Shown piece by piece: positions 27,513 to 42,805 of a stretch of 64,000 nt of DNA. The DNA lies in contig OZ024740.1 in the NCBI GenBank assembly GCA_964016885.1, positions 384,586,001 to 384,650,000 of the forward strand. Reading direction: 5' to 3'. The translations under genes and the position numbers were made by a program. Source of the DNA: Eledone cirrhosa (Eukaryota). The notes beneath the pieces are model-generated. The model was not told where the DNA came from, did not search any database, and saw only the letters and a list, made by a program, of their open reading frames with translations. Each line of letters begins with the position of its first letter. The first letter of the stretch is position 1.

Positions 27513-28896
27513 AACAATGTCAGATCTGAACTCATCACCACCATTAGCACTTCACCTCTAAGACTTGTCTTCCACCGCTGCATCATACTCTTTGATCCAC
27601 CCTTTCCTATACACAAACCATTTTTATCTCTAACATTATACTCTAGAAATATTGTTAGTCACCACCTTTTAATATAATTACTTTAGTTTACTTATAATTA
27701 TATAGTGATTGAAATATAATATAATATATATAAACTTTAAATATTAAATGTAACAAGGAATTATATATACATATGTAATTAAATGTATAAATTAATAACA
27801 TTGTATATAAATGATTAATTTATTAACATAAGGAATTTATCTAACTTAAATGTAATATGGAACAGTGAATTATATATATACATTTATAATTAAATGTATA
27901 AATTAATAACATTGTATATAAAGGATTAATTTATTTACTCAAGGGATGTATCTAATTTATCATGCAAACAGCTATACGTTATTCCATATCTTACCAAATA
28001 TTGGGTAGACAACAATCTAATAAAACCTTTAATATATTATGAGAGAGGAGACTGTATTTGAAATTAAATATAAATATATAACATTTTGTATAAGGTATTC
28101 AATTGTGGCACTATATAATATTGGCTAGACAACAATCTAATGAAACCTTTAATATATTATGAGAGAATAGACTGTATTTAAAATTAAATATAAATACATA
28201 ACTGTTTTATATAAGGGATTCAATTGAAGCACTATATAATGTCTATTAGAGCAAGGAATTTATTTATTATAATGAGCTAGTTACCTCCCCTTACGCATTA
28301 GATCCCCTTAATTCCATATCCACTTCCGGATATTAAACTGTTGAAAATGCTCGCAGTAGAACAACTCTAATCCATAAATATGAATAAAATAACACCAAGT
28401 TACAATCCATTACTATAACAAACATTCAATACAAATATAACTTAACATATGTAATGGATGTGAAATCTGTAACTTTCATATTCTACACATATACAAATTT
28501 GAACTATACAGAAAATATCATCGCATTGCACCCACCATAATACATTAACATATTCGCTTATAGTGCTTGTATTTCATGTAATACCTTGCCATACAGTACT
28601 CATATATACATGATACATTTGCTTGTTCCATTCCTTTATATATGACTAACGCATATACTATCTCTTTAATTTAATTATTAGACTATTCTCTTGTATTATC
28701 TTTTGAATGTATTCCACCCTTTGCTGTTAATTTTAATTTTAATTTTAATCTTAATTTGAATTATTGTACAATTCTCGTATAATATATGTCGCATCCATTC
28801 CACCCTGTAAACATGAAACTGTTGTCCACAACATCAATATATATGTATTATTCTTCAGTTGAATAGGAGGTTAATTATATGTAAAAACATTAATAA

Positions 28897-28943
28897 TGCT
28901 CCAACGACTCCAAGCTTGAGTTTGGAAGAAAAAATTGTCAGAG
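28897..28943 (+). ncRNA. Degenerate hammerhead in the PLE3 3' UTR
   Basis: tgct-CCAACGA-c-tccaagct-tg-agtttgga-a-GAAA-aaattg-TC; homologous to 44769-44815. Confidence 0.5.
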
Positions 28944-29102
28944 ATTAAATGGTTTAAACAACTTTGATACTTGTGTAATCTATATTACTGCTCTGTAAAA
29001 TGTTCTTACACTGAGCTATTTCTCTTACTGGTAATAAGGTAGTAATAATTACTGAACTTCCCTGTTTATAGTTTAGTATATACATAACTATAAATAGTAT
29101 CT

Positions 29103-29201
<99 letters not shown>

Positions 29202-29604
29202 GTATATATATATATATATGTGTGTGTGCGTGTGTGTGCGTGTGTGTGTTATTTCTGTTTACCTTTTACATTCATATATATATATGCGTATGTTTGTTTG
29301 TGTGCGTGTATGTGCCTAAGTATGTGTGGGTGGGTAAGCGTTTCAGTGTTTGTGTAACTATCTACGTAGTTAATTGCCCATCAATTTTCTATTTTTCTAT
29401 CTATCTATCGCGTGTATTTATCTCTATCTCCAATTTGTTGCAAACTAAATGCAAAGAAGTAGTAGGGAAATATGAAAAACCCTTAAAAGATGAAAGATTA
29501 AACTTCATGAAAGAAAAGCTGTTTTCTCACACATATACAAACGAAGAAAACGACTCCCACCATAACTTCCTTCACACACACAAGCACATACAGACACACA
29601 TACA

Positions 29605-29641
<37 letters not shown>

Positions 29642-29922
29642 AATTTTAATTTTAATCTTAATTTGAATTATTGTACAATTCTCGTATAATATATATATAT
29701 ATAAGTATATATATATAAGTATGTACACGTACATACATATATGTATACATACGTACAGTAGTATGTATATATATATATACATACATGCACACATATATAT
29801 ATGTACGTATGGATTCACCGAACATTTATTATAATGCTTGATGTGTTTGTAAACAAACATCCCGTATTAAGCCGTAGTGTCTAGCAACCACCGTTGCTCG
29901 TTTGCTCAACATTGACAAAGGA

Positions 29923-29965
29923 ACGCTGTACTAGTTTCAAGCTTATTAGCTATCGTCAGCAACGT
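29923..29965 (-). ncRNA. Type I minimal hammerhead ribozyme
   Basis: acgttg-CTGACGA-tagctaataagctt-GAAA-ctag-TA-cagcgt; 6-bp stem I, ACTAGT palindromic stem III. Confidence 0.85.
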
Positions 29966-30376
29966 ATACCTTCCTGCCAGGTTGTTGAACGTATATACTT
30001 ACCTTATGCATATTAACGACTGAGTAGCCCATTTTGCATATCGAGTGGGTTAACCGGCCGGGTGCACCGAAAACGATAAACGGAAAAAATGAAACGAAAT
30101 TTCATTTCCCACTCTTAGTACGGCTGTTACTTAAATATAAGTATGTACACGTACATACATATTTGTATACAGACGTACAGTAGTATGTATATATATATAC
30201 ATACATGCACACATATATATATGTACGTATGGATTCACCGAACATTTATTATAATGATCCGTTTATCGTTTTCGGTGCACCCGGCCGATTAACCCACTCG
30301 ATATGCAAATTGGGCTACTCAGCCGTTAATATGCATAAGGTAAGTATATACGTTCAACAATCTGGCAAGAAGGTAT

Positions 30377-30419
30377 ACGTTGCTGACGATACCTAATAAG
30401 CTTGAAACTAGTACAGCGT
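30377..30419 (+). ncRNA. Type I minimal hammerhead ribozyme
   Basis: acgttg-CTGACGA-tacctaataagctt-GAAA-ctag-TA-cagcgt. Confidence 0.8.
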
Positions 30420-30734
30420 TCCTTTGTCAGTGTTGAGCAAATGAGCAACGATGGTTGCTAGACACTACGGCTTAATACGGGATGTTTGTTTAGAAACACA
30501 TCGAGCATTATAATAAATGTTCGGTGAATCCATACGTACATATATATATGTGTGCATGTATGTATATATATATACATACTACTGTACGTCTGTATACATA
30601 TATGTATGTACGTGTACGTACTTATATTTAAGTAACAGTCGTACTAATAGTGGGAAATGAAATTTCGTTTCATTTTTTCCGTTTATATATATATATATAC
30701 ACATATATATATACACATATATATATATACACAC

Positions 30735-30782
<48 letters not shown>

Positions 30783-30984
30783 TTATATATATATATAATG
30801 TGAAAAGTACTCACATATATATAAATATATATTTGTTATATATGCCTGTTCGTATGTATATTCATATATATATATATAAGTGTGTAGATGCGCGTATTCG
30901 GGTCGTGAATGTGCGTTTATAGATACTCACACACACAGTTATATGTATACACGTATAAATATGTGTGTTTGTGTGTAAGTGTCT

Positions 30985-31020
<36 letters not shown>

Positions 31021-31252
31021 GAGTGTGTGTGTGTATATATACAAACTTACACACTTATCTACATAAATATACAAATACTTCAAATATGTCTGTGAATGCG
31101 AATGTGCATCTGTATTGAAACGGATATTAATTATAAAACTACACGAATTTGTATCGTAATCAGGACGACATAATTATATATGTTTGAAAGTACATCTCTA
31201 TAAATATATATGCTATCAATTATATATGTATGTATCTACGTATATATGTGTA

Positions 31253-31350
<98 letters not shown>

Positions 31351-34011
31351 GATATATATATATGTATTTATTTATATTTGTATATATACGTGTGTGTGAT
31401 TGTATTTACATGTATAAATACATACCTACTTATACACATACGTACATACATACATACATACATACATACATACATACATACATACATACATACATACATA
31501 CATACATGCATACATATATACATAAGCATTTTATGCAAGTTTGTGTGATGTGTTCATCGCGTTTATATCAGAATCTCTTTGAAGTAGATGTCTTAGGGAA
31601 CGATGCCAAATAATATGACGACACATACACAAAATCTAGACAAAATTTTATAATTATTCATCAGATCTTTTTACCTAATTTAGAATATATAGCGGTTGAA
31701 ATTCTTACACTTTCATTTGTTTCTTCTCTTGCCTTAAATTACACTTTCCTTTCTTTTTTCTTTGTTGTCTTTTGAAATGTCTTCATCTCTGCCAAATCAT
31801 CCGGTCTAGAATTACATTGTAATTTTGCTGCTTACATCGTTATAAGGTTATTAAAGTATTCAGCTAGGACTTTGAAATCCAAGACAACAAAGACTTTTCC
31901 ATTGTCAATGTCTTATATACTACCCCCTTCTCAAGTTACCTCCTTTGTTCTCTCTTTCTTTCTCTATCTTTCTCTACTTCTCTGTTTCTTCGTTTCTCTC
32001 CCTGTCTCTTTCCCAATCTCTTTTCACTGTCGTCTCTCTATCTGAAATTGATTCTTTTCTCAAAGTTTTCTTTCAAATCTTCAATTTGTTATCTGTATCT
32101 TATATCTTCGTTCTTGCTATTGATGTTACTAGAGTGATAAAGCAGTAGTTGTATTTATCTTCTTCAATGTTCGACATTGTCTCTTCCATATTCTACTGAT
32201 CTGCTATTAAATAAAATCTCTTTCTACTTTAGTCACCATTTGTAAAATTACCGTCAAATTATTGGTAATCTGATTTGTGTCCATATATGCGTCTGAAATC
32301 TAAGACATATTTGCCTCTCCCGAGAATGTTATAGAACGTGTAGAGTTCTTTTAATTTGACATTTTCCACGAAACCCCGAAATAAAGAGAATGTCCGTCCG
32401 TCTAACATTGGAGTAAAATACGAAGTTTGAGTCATCAATTCAATGTCAGCAGCTGGTATCAAATAAAATATGTTCAATGGAAGATGAAAGTGTTTGGTGT
32501 CTGTTAGGTATATTAGAGAAGTGTGAGATTAATTGCACAAATGAAATGAATAGATGAGACCGAAAGTTTAGGAAATTAGAGATCTACTATTATGTAGCTT
32601 TTATGATAATTTCCCCGGATTTAGCTTGTTTGCACAATGGTGTGATTTATTCATTGCATAAAGAGACGAATAGGCATAGAGTCGTTAAAGTGTATGTTAA
32701 AATGCCTTGCGGTATTTTGCGGCATTTCGAATTCAAATACTACCGTGCGAATGTTGCCTATCTTCCCGATGTTAATAAAATAGAACTTTTAGTCTATGAT
32801 GGTGAATTGGTGGAATTGTTCGAGCGTCGAACGTGATGGTGTGCGGTATTTCTGCGTTTCTCCGTTAAAACATCGCAGTGAATTATTTTAATGGTAGATT
32901 TAATCTGTCATTCATTTTAACTACCTCATTGTCCTTCGCCTAAATTTAACGGAATCCACGTTGTTGCAAGCATTAGGGCCAGATCCAGCTTTTGAGGTCA
33001 TTATCTTGCCTTCCTCTCACCAGACATGCAGGCTCTGAAAATGTCATTGGATCTGTCCTTTCTTCTGTGCCTAAATGGTAAAACTAAACTGGTAGGTAAG
33101 ATTTCTAAAGCGCTTAGGAGATTGGAAATTCGTAATTGTAACGTTTATGCTTTTCTTCAAAAACATTTCTGATATACGTGAATAATGTCGAAAGGAGAAT
33201 CGAATCTGATGAAAGAATGAACTAATCTAAGTCAAACTCCATTACTTTTGTGGTATATTGTAACCGCCAAGCAACTGTAATGCAGACTTGGAAATACTCT
33301 ATAAATTACTTCGTTCTTAGTTTCTTATTCGAATACAGTAGTGAAGTGTCAGTAAAACGGTCCTTGCGTGTGGTATTCTTGCTTAAATTTCATTTAAATA
33401 AGAAATATTCAGAAGTTAATGCAACTTGTACAGTAGATATAAATTGTAGTGATGCAACGTTTATTGCATCTGTATCGGATTAGCACCTTTCACTGCCTAG
33501 TAACAGGTGTAAAAACAAACAGCATGCTAGTTAATGCAACAAAAAGTCTGTCGAATGCACAATCAACATATGGCAATAGCAAATATGTCTGTACTGAGGA
33601 AATATCAGTTTAGTTTCTAAAAATACCTATATAATCAATGCAGCATGTTTGTGAGTATATAAATAAATGTTCATGTTACTTCAGAAATTTGTTGTGGTTT
33701 GACTAATCTTCTTTTGATTATTTCAAATGTCTGGAAACGTCAGTTTTCAAGATGAAAATATTTTTAGATTTGTACAAAAAGCAGTACATTATGGTCATAG
33801 AAATATTCATTCTGTCATAATAAGAATATTGTAATTAGATTGTCGTTCTAATTTAATTAGAACGTTGTATTAAAAATTGCCTATTTTTGTTACAATCTTT
33901 GGAAAAAGATTCATAAACAGAAGCAGACATTTTTCTATAAAACAGCATGTATCTCAGGTTGTAGCGGATGGGAAAATAGGTGTTTCAGACAGAGAAAGAG
34001 AGAGCGATATA

Positions 34012-34095
<84 letters not shown>

Positions 34096-35524
34096 ATAGG
34101 TGTGTATAAGGCAGATATGATAATAAATATATATACGTCTTGCTATAGATATTTTAAGCTGTGGTCATTTCGCAGTTACCTCAGTAGAGGCGTGAAAATC
34201 CCTGACACAAGAGCTTTGTCATTTTTATCCAGCATCAGTGACGTTTATTCACTCGGTACTGAGAGAAGTGTAAGCTATAGCTTATATACAGTTTGTGTCT
34301 AAAACCTCGATGATACTCGGTTACATATTTTCCGACGTTGACCGGCTAGGTTTAATTAGCAACTGCACTATCATTCTCACACGGCTACAGCGCGATTAAG
34401 AAGTAGTTTCTATCTTAACAAAACTTTCTATTTACAAATATCTATCACAATCTAAGTAAAACAGGAGAAACTCAAAATGTCCCAACTTCAGGAAGATAAC
34501 CTGTAGAATGAAATATGTATAAATTATCTTTTTTCTAATTTTGACTCCCCCATTTATTGACCAAATTAAGGTTTTTGTAGAGTCAGATTTGAAGAGACAT
34601 GATCTCATAACTTATACACTACTGGCCGAGCAAGAAATTTAATGAAGTTTTAAGCATTTGGCATTAGCAAAGCCAATGACATTGTCTAGCTTAAGACACA
34701 TCCATTGTCTCTAAACTCTCGTATTCATTGCCTCGGAAATAATTGGCAAAGTACATTTCAGCTTTAGCTGATCGGACCCTGTATGACCTATACTCTGGTT
34801 CATCTAAGTTTTGAATTTCCACACATGCTTAGAATATTAATGGCATTTTTGGTTTCACTTCTTTCAAAATTCGACCCTTCCAAACATTATCTATACTAAG
34901 TAGACAAATTCCAAGGTAGATATGCAGTTCATCTATACACTGAGAATCCGAGTACATCCATCAACAACACTGTAACAATTTAGTCTATTTCAGCAGTGCT
35001 AACACATATTAAGGGCACCACACGAACAATATGCAATTACAGCCTTCAAGGATTTTAGAAAATCTAGGCATCATTATCTCTTAGAAATATAACATTTGAA
35101 GCTTTACTTCCCCATAAAACTATGAACCATTTTCTGTTATGTTGCTGTGGCCCTACAAAGCTCAAGTATGACGCTCACTTGAATATTGGTAAAAACATTT
35201 TACACACAACCGAAAATGAACACCATATCACAACTTGTACTACATACAGGCAGCCGTTTTCTTCTTGTATTTTTCAGTTTTACAATGATAAGTTCTTTTA
35301 TGACATACCAGATATGTGCTGCTTTCTTCTACTTGTTGAACCTACATTGCCTGAAACTCCAAAATCAGCGCTAGACCCTCAGTGTATCAAAACTATAATG
35401 CCATGAAAACTAGTTAGATATTGAAACTAAATATTAACAGTCTAGGAATCGCAGGAAACGTCAGGGACACTGCTTTTATATAACTACCCAATATTAATAT
35501 CATATATATATGATAGAGGGTAGA

Positions 35525-35680
35525 GGGTAGAGGGTCGGACGCCATGCTTTCCAGCATAGTTACGTCCCTTTACGATCTGAGTTCAAATCCCGCCGAGGTT
35601 GACTTTGCCTTTCATCCTTACGGGGTCGATAAAATAAAGTACCAGTAATGCACTGGATAATTGCTGGCCTTGTGCCTAAA
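35525..35680 (+). mobile_element. tRNA-derived SINE, family A
   Basis: ctgagttcaaatcccgccgaggttgactttgcctttcatccttacggggtcgataaaataaagtaccagt (B box GTTCAAATCC). Confidence 0.8.
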
Positions 35681-35698
35681 GAAGAAACAATTAATATC

Positions 35699-35736
<38 letters not shown>

Positions 35737-35821
35737 ATGTGTGTGTGAGTGAGTGTGTGTGTGTATGTGTGTGTGTGTGTGAGTGAGTGAGTGTGTGTGT
35801 GTATTTGTGTTTCTTTGTATG

Positions 35822-35886
<65 letters not shown>

Positions 35887-37105
35887 TTATAGATAAATAG
35901 ATACAGATATACATAATTTAATATATACGTATACGAAAATCTGAATATATAGTTAATTAATGTTCATTACTGTTTGAAGTATGGTCGAACGACAAGACTA
36001 GAAATATAGTTTAATGTTGATTACATAGTAAATTCGAAGAACTCATATTAGTGTTATAAGAACATGGTATAATGTTTCCTATAATCAAGGAAGAATAAAT
36101 ATTTATTGTCTTTCAGCTATGCAGGTAGCCATCATCAGACTAGAAGTGTTAAGTTAACTTTATTAGTTTATCGATCAAGTACATTAATAAACAGGCGTTC
36201 TAACATTAAGTGAAGATAACACTTGTCGATTCTCTTCTCACTCAATTGTACTTCACATATAACAGCGCAAGTCTACGAAAGAAATATCTGCGAAGTCACC
36301 TGGTGTGCTTAAAATAGCAGCCCAATCTCTCTCATGTCAGAGTCTACCATATTAAAATGGCAGGGAGAATAAACTAGATAATGTGGTCTCCAATGCACGA
36401 TACTTAAAAAAACATGAGGTGGTCACTGATTGAACGTCTTTTGTAATAGTTTTGCTGAGTCAGGGTGGATCCGGTATTAAATAGCAACCAAAGTATGTTA
36501 TAGCCACCACCATTTGCTGCACGATATTTACACGATAATCAAAACATACATCTACATATGATTTATTATCCCCTCCTTATAGTTTACTATATACAGATTT
36601 ACGAGTTCAACTAATCATGGTCTTTCTCTGCTGCATTTAATTTCCAAAATGTATTATATCACATTCTTATTCACTCCAGATATCGTTAAATATGAGAATG
36701 TCTGAACGTTAAATTGGTGAACTTACTTCCTTATTCCTCGTGGACGCCATTTGGATGGAAACAATAGTCTAGTGTTAACATATTTAAGGCAGAAAACAGC
36801 AGCCTTCGTAAAATATATCAATAAAAACTTAGCCAGTACGATCTTATTGTTTATTTAAACACGGAAAACGTATATATAGAGAGAAAGAGGAAGAGAGAGG
36901 GCGGGGGGAGATGTAGCGAGGGGGAGAGAGGGAGGGGGGGTAGAGAGAGATAGAACGGGAGTAAAAGAAAGAAAGTAAGTGACAGATAGATGATAATATT
37001 GGTTTGTAGCATTATAAAAAGATAAATAACAATATTAACTTACGAAGAGATCTTATAAAAGTCGTTGAATCGTCTTTATTAAATACCCCCCCCCCCCCCA
37101 GACAC

Positions 37106-37139
<34 letters not shown>

Positions 37140-37241
37140 ATGTGCATATATAGATATACATACATAGATACATACTTATATACACAAAGATATATATCTA
37201 TATGTGCATATATATATGTATTTCATTTATATATATATATA

Positions 37242-38677
<1,436 letters not shown>

Positions 38678-38744
38678 ATAAAACAAACTTTATTTTCGCT
38701 CTAACATGGCGGATACGTAAATGCATTCGTGAGTGAATAATAAG

Positions 38745-38930
38745 AATTGTTTCTACTTTTGGCTCAAGGCCAGCAAATATCCCAGTATATTACTGGTGCT
38801 TTATTTTATCGACCTGGTAAGGAGGAAAAGCAAAGTTAACCACGGTGAGATTTGAACTCAGACCATAATGGGCCGTAACTCTTTGCTGTAAAGAATGGTG
38901 TCAGGCTCTCTACCGATACTGCCAATCTTT
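38745..38930 (-). mobile_element. tRNA-derived SINE, family A
   Basis: cccagtatattactggtgctttattttatcgacctgg..ggaaaagcaaagttaaccacggtgagatttgaactcag. Confidence 0.7.
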
Positions 38931-39540
38931 CGCCTCACATAATATTATAAAGATGTTATTAACATTCGGTTCGTATGCAAACACATAAAATCATTACGAC
39001 ACGTGTTCATGACGAGTAATATCAAATCTTTGTTCAACCGGTTGCAGAGAAATCGTTCGGTATGCAAATTAGGCTAATCAGCCGATATATACTTTAGAGA
39101 AAATGATATATTCTCAACAGTTCCAGTGTGTACCAGAATGTAGAGAAATACACAATCATGATAAGGGGCAATAACCGCGAAAGAATTGTAGTTTGCTTTT
39201 CTCTTTGCTAAAGTTGGAACAACAGTTTGACGTTAGTCGTCTCGAACATGTGGTGTAATGAGGCTATTTGCTTGCAAACGGACCGAATATTATATATATA
39301 TATATAGATAGATAGATAGATAGAAAGAAAGTAAATGATGGATAGATAGATGTTAATATTGGGTTGTAGCTTTATAAGAATATAAATAACAACATTTACT
39401 GATAAAGATCTTATGAAAGTAGTAGTAACGTCCTTATTATACACTGACACACACACATGTATATATATATATTTTTTTTTATATACATACATATCCACAC
39501 ACATATATATAAAACATATATATATACACACAAACATAAA

Positions 39541-39661
<121 letters not shown>

Positions 39662-39838
39662 GAAAGTGACATATAGATACATGTTAATATTGGGTTGTAG
39701 CTTGATAAGGATATATAAATAATATTTCCTGATAAAGAGATCTTACAAAAGCAGTAGAATCGTCATTATTATATATATAATTCACGCAAACACACATACA
39801 CCCACATATATCCACACACACACATATGTGTATATATA

Positions 39839-39922
<84 letters not shown>

Positions 39923-40244
39923 GTCGGTGCAGGTCGATGTGTGGGTATAACATATAGATGGTGCCATATTTGGTTAAGTACACGACCGAAAAATTTACAA
40001 TCGTATTTCAACAGATATTAATACTCTATCACAAAATAATAAGACTCATGACTCTGATAATGGCGATTAAAGAATATACTGCTGTTTCTCATGACCACTT
40101 ACATTCAAAAACCTACTAAGCCGGCAAATCATTAGAATTCTCCAACTAGACAGCATAAAATTGGATTAGAGCTATATTCATATGCAAAGTTAGCAAATAC
40201 GATAAAATAATACATCGTTTCTTAATGCGCAAAATCATAGAGAC

Positions 40245-40400
<156 letters not shown>

Positions 40401-40431
40401 ACACGGGTGTGTATGAGTGTGTATAGAAGAT

Positions 40432-40817
40432 TATATTAATAAAAGGAATTCCAACTTTGTCTGATTTACTCGTTTTATTTACAATCCTTTAAAATTTATA
40501 ATGGTATTATAATGAAATAGTATGGTAGAATATTAAATGTTAAGTGTTAATTGAACAAGTAGTTTCATGCTTTAGCAATCTTGTGGTTGCAGTCAAGTTT
40601 GCAATTTTCAACTGTTGAAAATTTTCAACAGTTGAAAATTGCAAACTTGACTGTCACCACTGAATATGAACCTGAAGATTGGTAAAGCATGAAACTACTT
40701 GTTCAATTAACACTTAACATTTAATATTCTACCATACTATTTTATTCTAATACCATTATAAATTTTAAAGGATTGTAAATAAAACGAGTAAATAAGACAA
40801 AGTTGAAATTCCTTTTA

Positions 40818-40825
<8 letters not shown>
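40432..40825. mobile_element. ~390-bp fold-back element with hammerhead, ending in (TA)n
   Basis: Arms mirror around gaaaattttc at about 40621. Confidence 0.88.
40667..40705 (+). ncRNA. Type I minimal hammerhead ribozyme
   Basis: tgaac-CTGAAGA-ttggtaaagcat-GAAA-ctac-TT-gttca; perfect stem I. Confidence 0.7.
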
Positions 40826-40861
<36 letters not shown>

Positions 40862-41554
40862 TAAATACACCAATTGATGGTAAGACCTAGATATATATAT
40901 AGATATATCGGTCTGTTTGTTTATATCGAAGTTGTGATATTATTATGGTCACATGCATTTGGTCGCTTTATTATTGGTGTCACACTTTATTACATTCTTG
41001 TGTTAAATGTGGATGAAAATGTATTAACTTTTCAAAGCATTGAGTGCTTTGTAACTGCTTCAAACAATGCGATTGATATGTGCAACACTGCAGCTACAAC
41101 TTCGATTAATAACCATTACATATACTAGCAGAAAAACTGCCCACGTGCGGTTTTCTGCTAGCATATCTAGTGTGCTTATTGGTATTATACGCAAATATAT
41201 ATGCATATATTGTTATACTTGGGGAAGGTTATATTGTTGTAATAATATTGCCAAAATTAATAACAGAACACACTCACTGTTTGGTTGGTTTTCGCTTCTG
41301 TATCTTTAGTATCAGTTAATTCATTCGGTCCTCAATGTTTACCATTGACTGACCAACGGTGAAAAAATACAGATATAATATAGATATAAACACATATATA
41401 TAGTCTAACAAAGTTCTTTCGTTGTACATCTGCAGCATCGCCAGTGGTGCTATTACGTTCCTCCTGTTGTATTGTATATCTACGCCATCTTTCAAACCTC
41501 GAAAAACAAATATATGCATATAGATATATGTAAATTGAAAAGTAAATTGACAAA

Positions 41555-42205
41555 TCTTCTTCTTCACCCACTTATTTCTGAGAGGGTTGTGGGGACAGAG
41601 TCCTTCTGAAACACTCCTTCCAGCCAGTATGTCAGTAGCAAGCATCTCTAACTGATCCAGCTGGATCCCAAAGCTCATGGATGTTATCCAACTATCTTGC
41701 TCAGGGTCTACCTCTGGTTATACCTCTGGGTCTGTTGCCGGTTGGTTTTGCCTGTAAAATGTGTCCAGCGATTCTTTACTGTGACATTCTAACCACATGC
41801 TCATAATATCGGAGTTGTGATCTCTCAATTCAGAGAAGTAGCGGCTCTACCAGGAGGGAATCTCTGGTCTCTGAGATAGCTATACACTTTATCGAGTAAC
41901 GTTACTCCAAAGACCCTTCGGAAGAATCCCATTTCTGCCACGTTTATTTGCAATTGCATTCTTTTGGCCATTAGTCAAGATTCATGATCCTCGGTAAGAG
42001 TTGGCAGGAATACCAGTAAGTTAGCGAGTTTGGCTTTTACACCTACCCCGCTTCATCTCATTACTGAATGCTGAGGCTCGCGCTTTACTGCATCAGCTTT
42101 TGCAATTCTTCCACTTACTTCAGCCTCCTGCATTCCATCACTTATGAACACGGCTCCAAGATACTTGAACTTCTCTAAATGCTTCAGTAGAACTCCACTC
42201 ACATG
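41555..42205 (-). mobile_element. RTE-type LINE 3' fragment, degenerate
   Basis: LEKFKYLG..SGRIAKA, AEMGFFRRVFGVTLLDKV, IERSQLRYY.HVVRM, GNRPRG; (GAA)n-like tail. Confidence 0.8.
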
Positions 42206-42384
42206 TATATAAATTTCACGCAATGTGTATGTGTGTTTGTGTGAATGTATGTGTGTGTAAAAGGAAGGAAAGGGATACACACATATATATGTCTAACTTA
42301 AAAACAGAGACACACATAGGTGTCTCTAATTGAAGAACGCCAACAAACTCACGCGCGTGCACATGCACATACTGTCCTATGACC

Positions 42385-42805
42385 ACGTACGAGCTTTGCC
42401 CTGGGTAAATATCCCCTCAATTTTGGAACCATCTCCATTGTCCTGAATTGATGAGAAAAGACTTGACGGTCTTACTCTGTGCTCCTGGTCAAGAGGCGGG
42501 AGCCTTACCTGGGACCTCACAGTTAGTGACTATTTTTCTTCTCCCCACATTCTGGATGCAGTGGTAAGAACGAGAACTAGAGCATCCACAGATGAAGGGA
42601 ACAAAATGCTAAAATACCGTGTTCTGTCAGCTAACTACATTATCCAGCCTGTGGCGTTCGAGATGTTTAGGGGAGTCGGGATACTGACAGCGAGATTCTT
42701 ATCTTCACTGGCAGCTCGCCAAAGAGGTAACTGGTGATCATGAGGGTACTTGGTTGTTCCAGCAACTCAGGTAACGCTGCGAGCGTGCTGGCCTCCCTCA
42801 AACAT
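42385..42805 (+). mobile_element. CRE-like non-LTR retrotransposon 3' fragment (restriction-like endonuclease)
   Basis: IPSILEP..DEKRLDGLTLCSWSRGGSLTWDLTVSD..KMLKY..L..NY..QPVAFE; GNAASVL near the end. Confidence 0.75.

Larger units (their letters stand above)
25812..29110 (+). mobile_element. Penelope-like element 3, degenerate, with 5' inversion and long 3' UTR
   Basis: 25965-26048 is the rc of 26095-26180; the UTR has ~108-bp and 120-bp tandem duplications (27756-28240) and a hammerhead remnant. Confidence 0.85.
29712..30685. mobile_element. Retrozyme-like element: ~1.3 monomers on minus joined to one permuted ~420-nt monomer on plus
   Basis: Direct repeat at 29717/30139; inversion junction about 30257; no ORF; one hammerhead per monomer. 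Confidence 0.85.
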
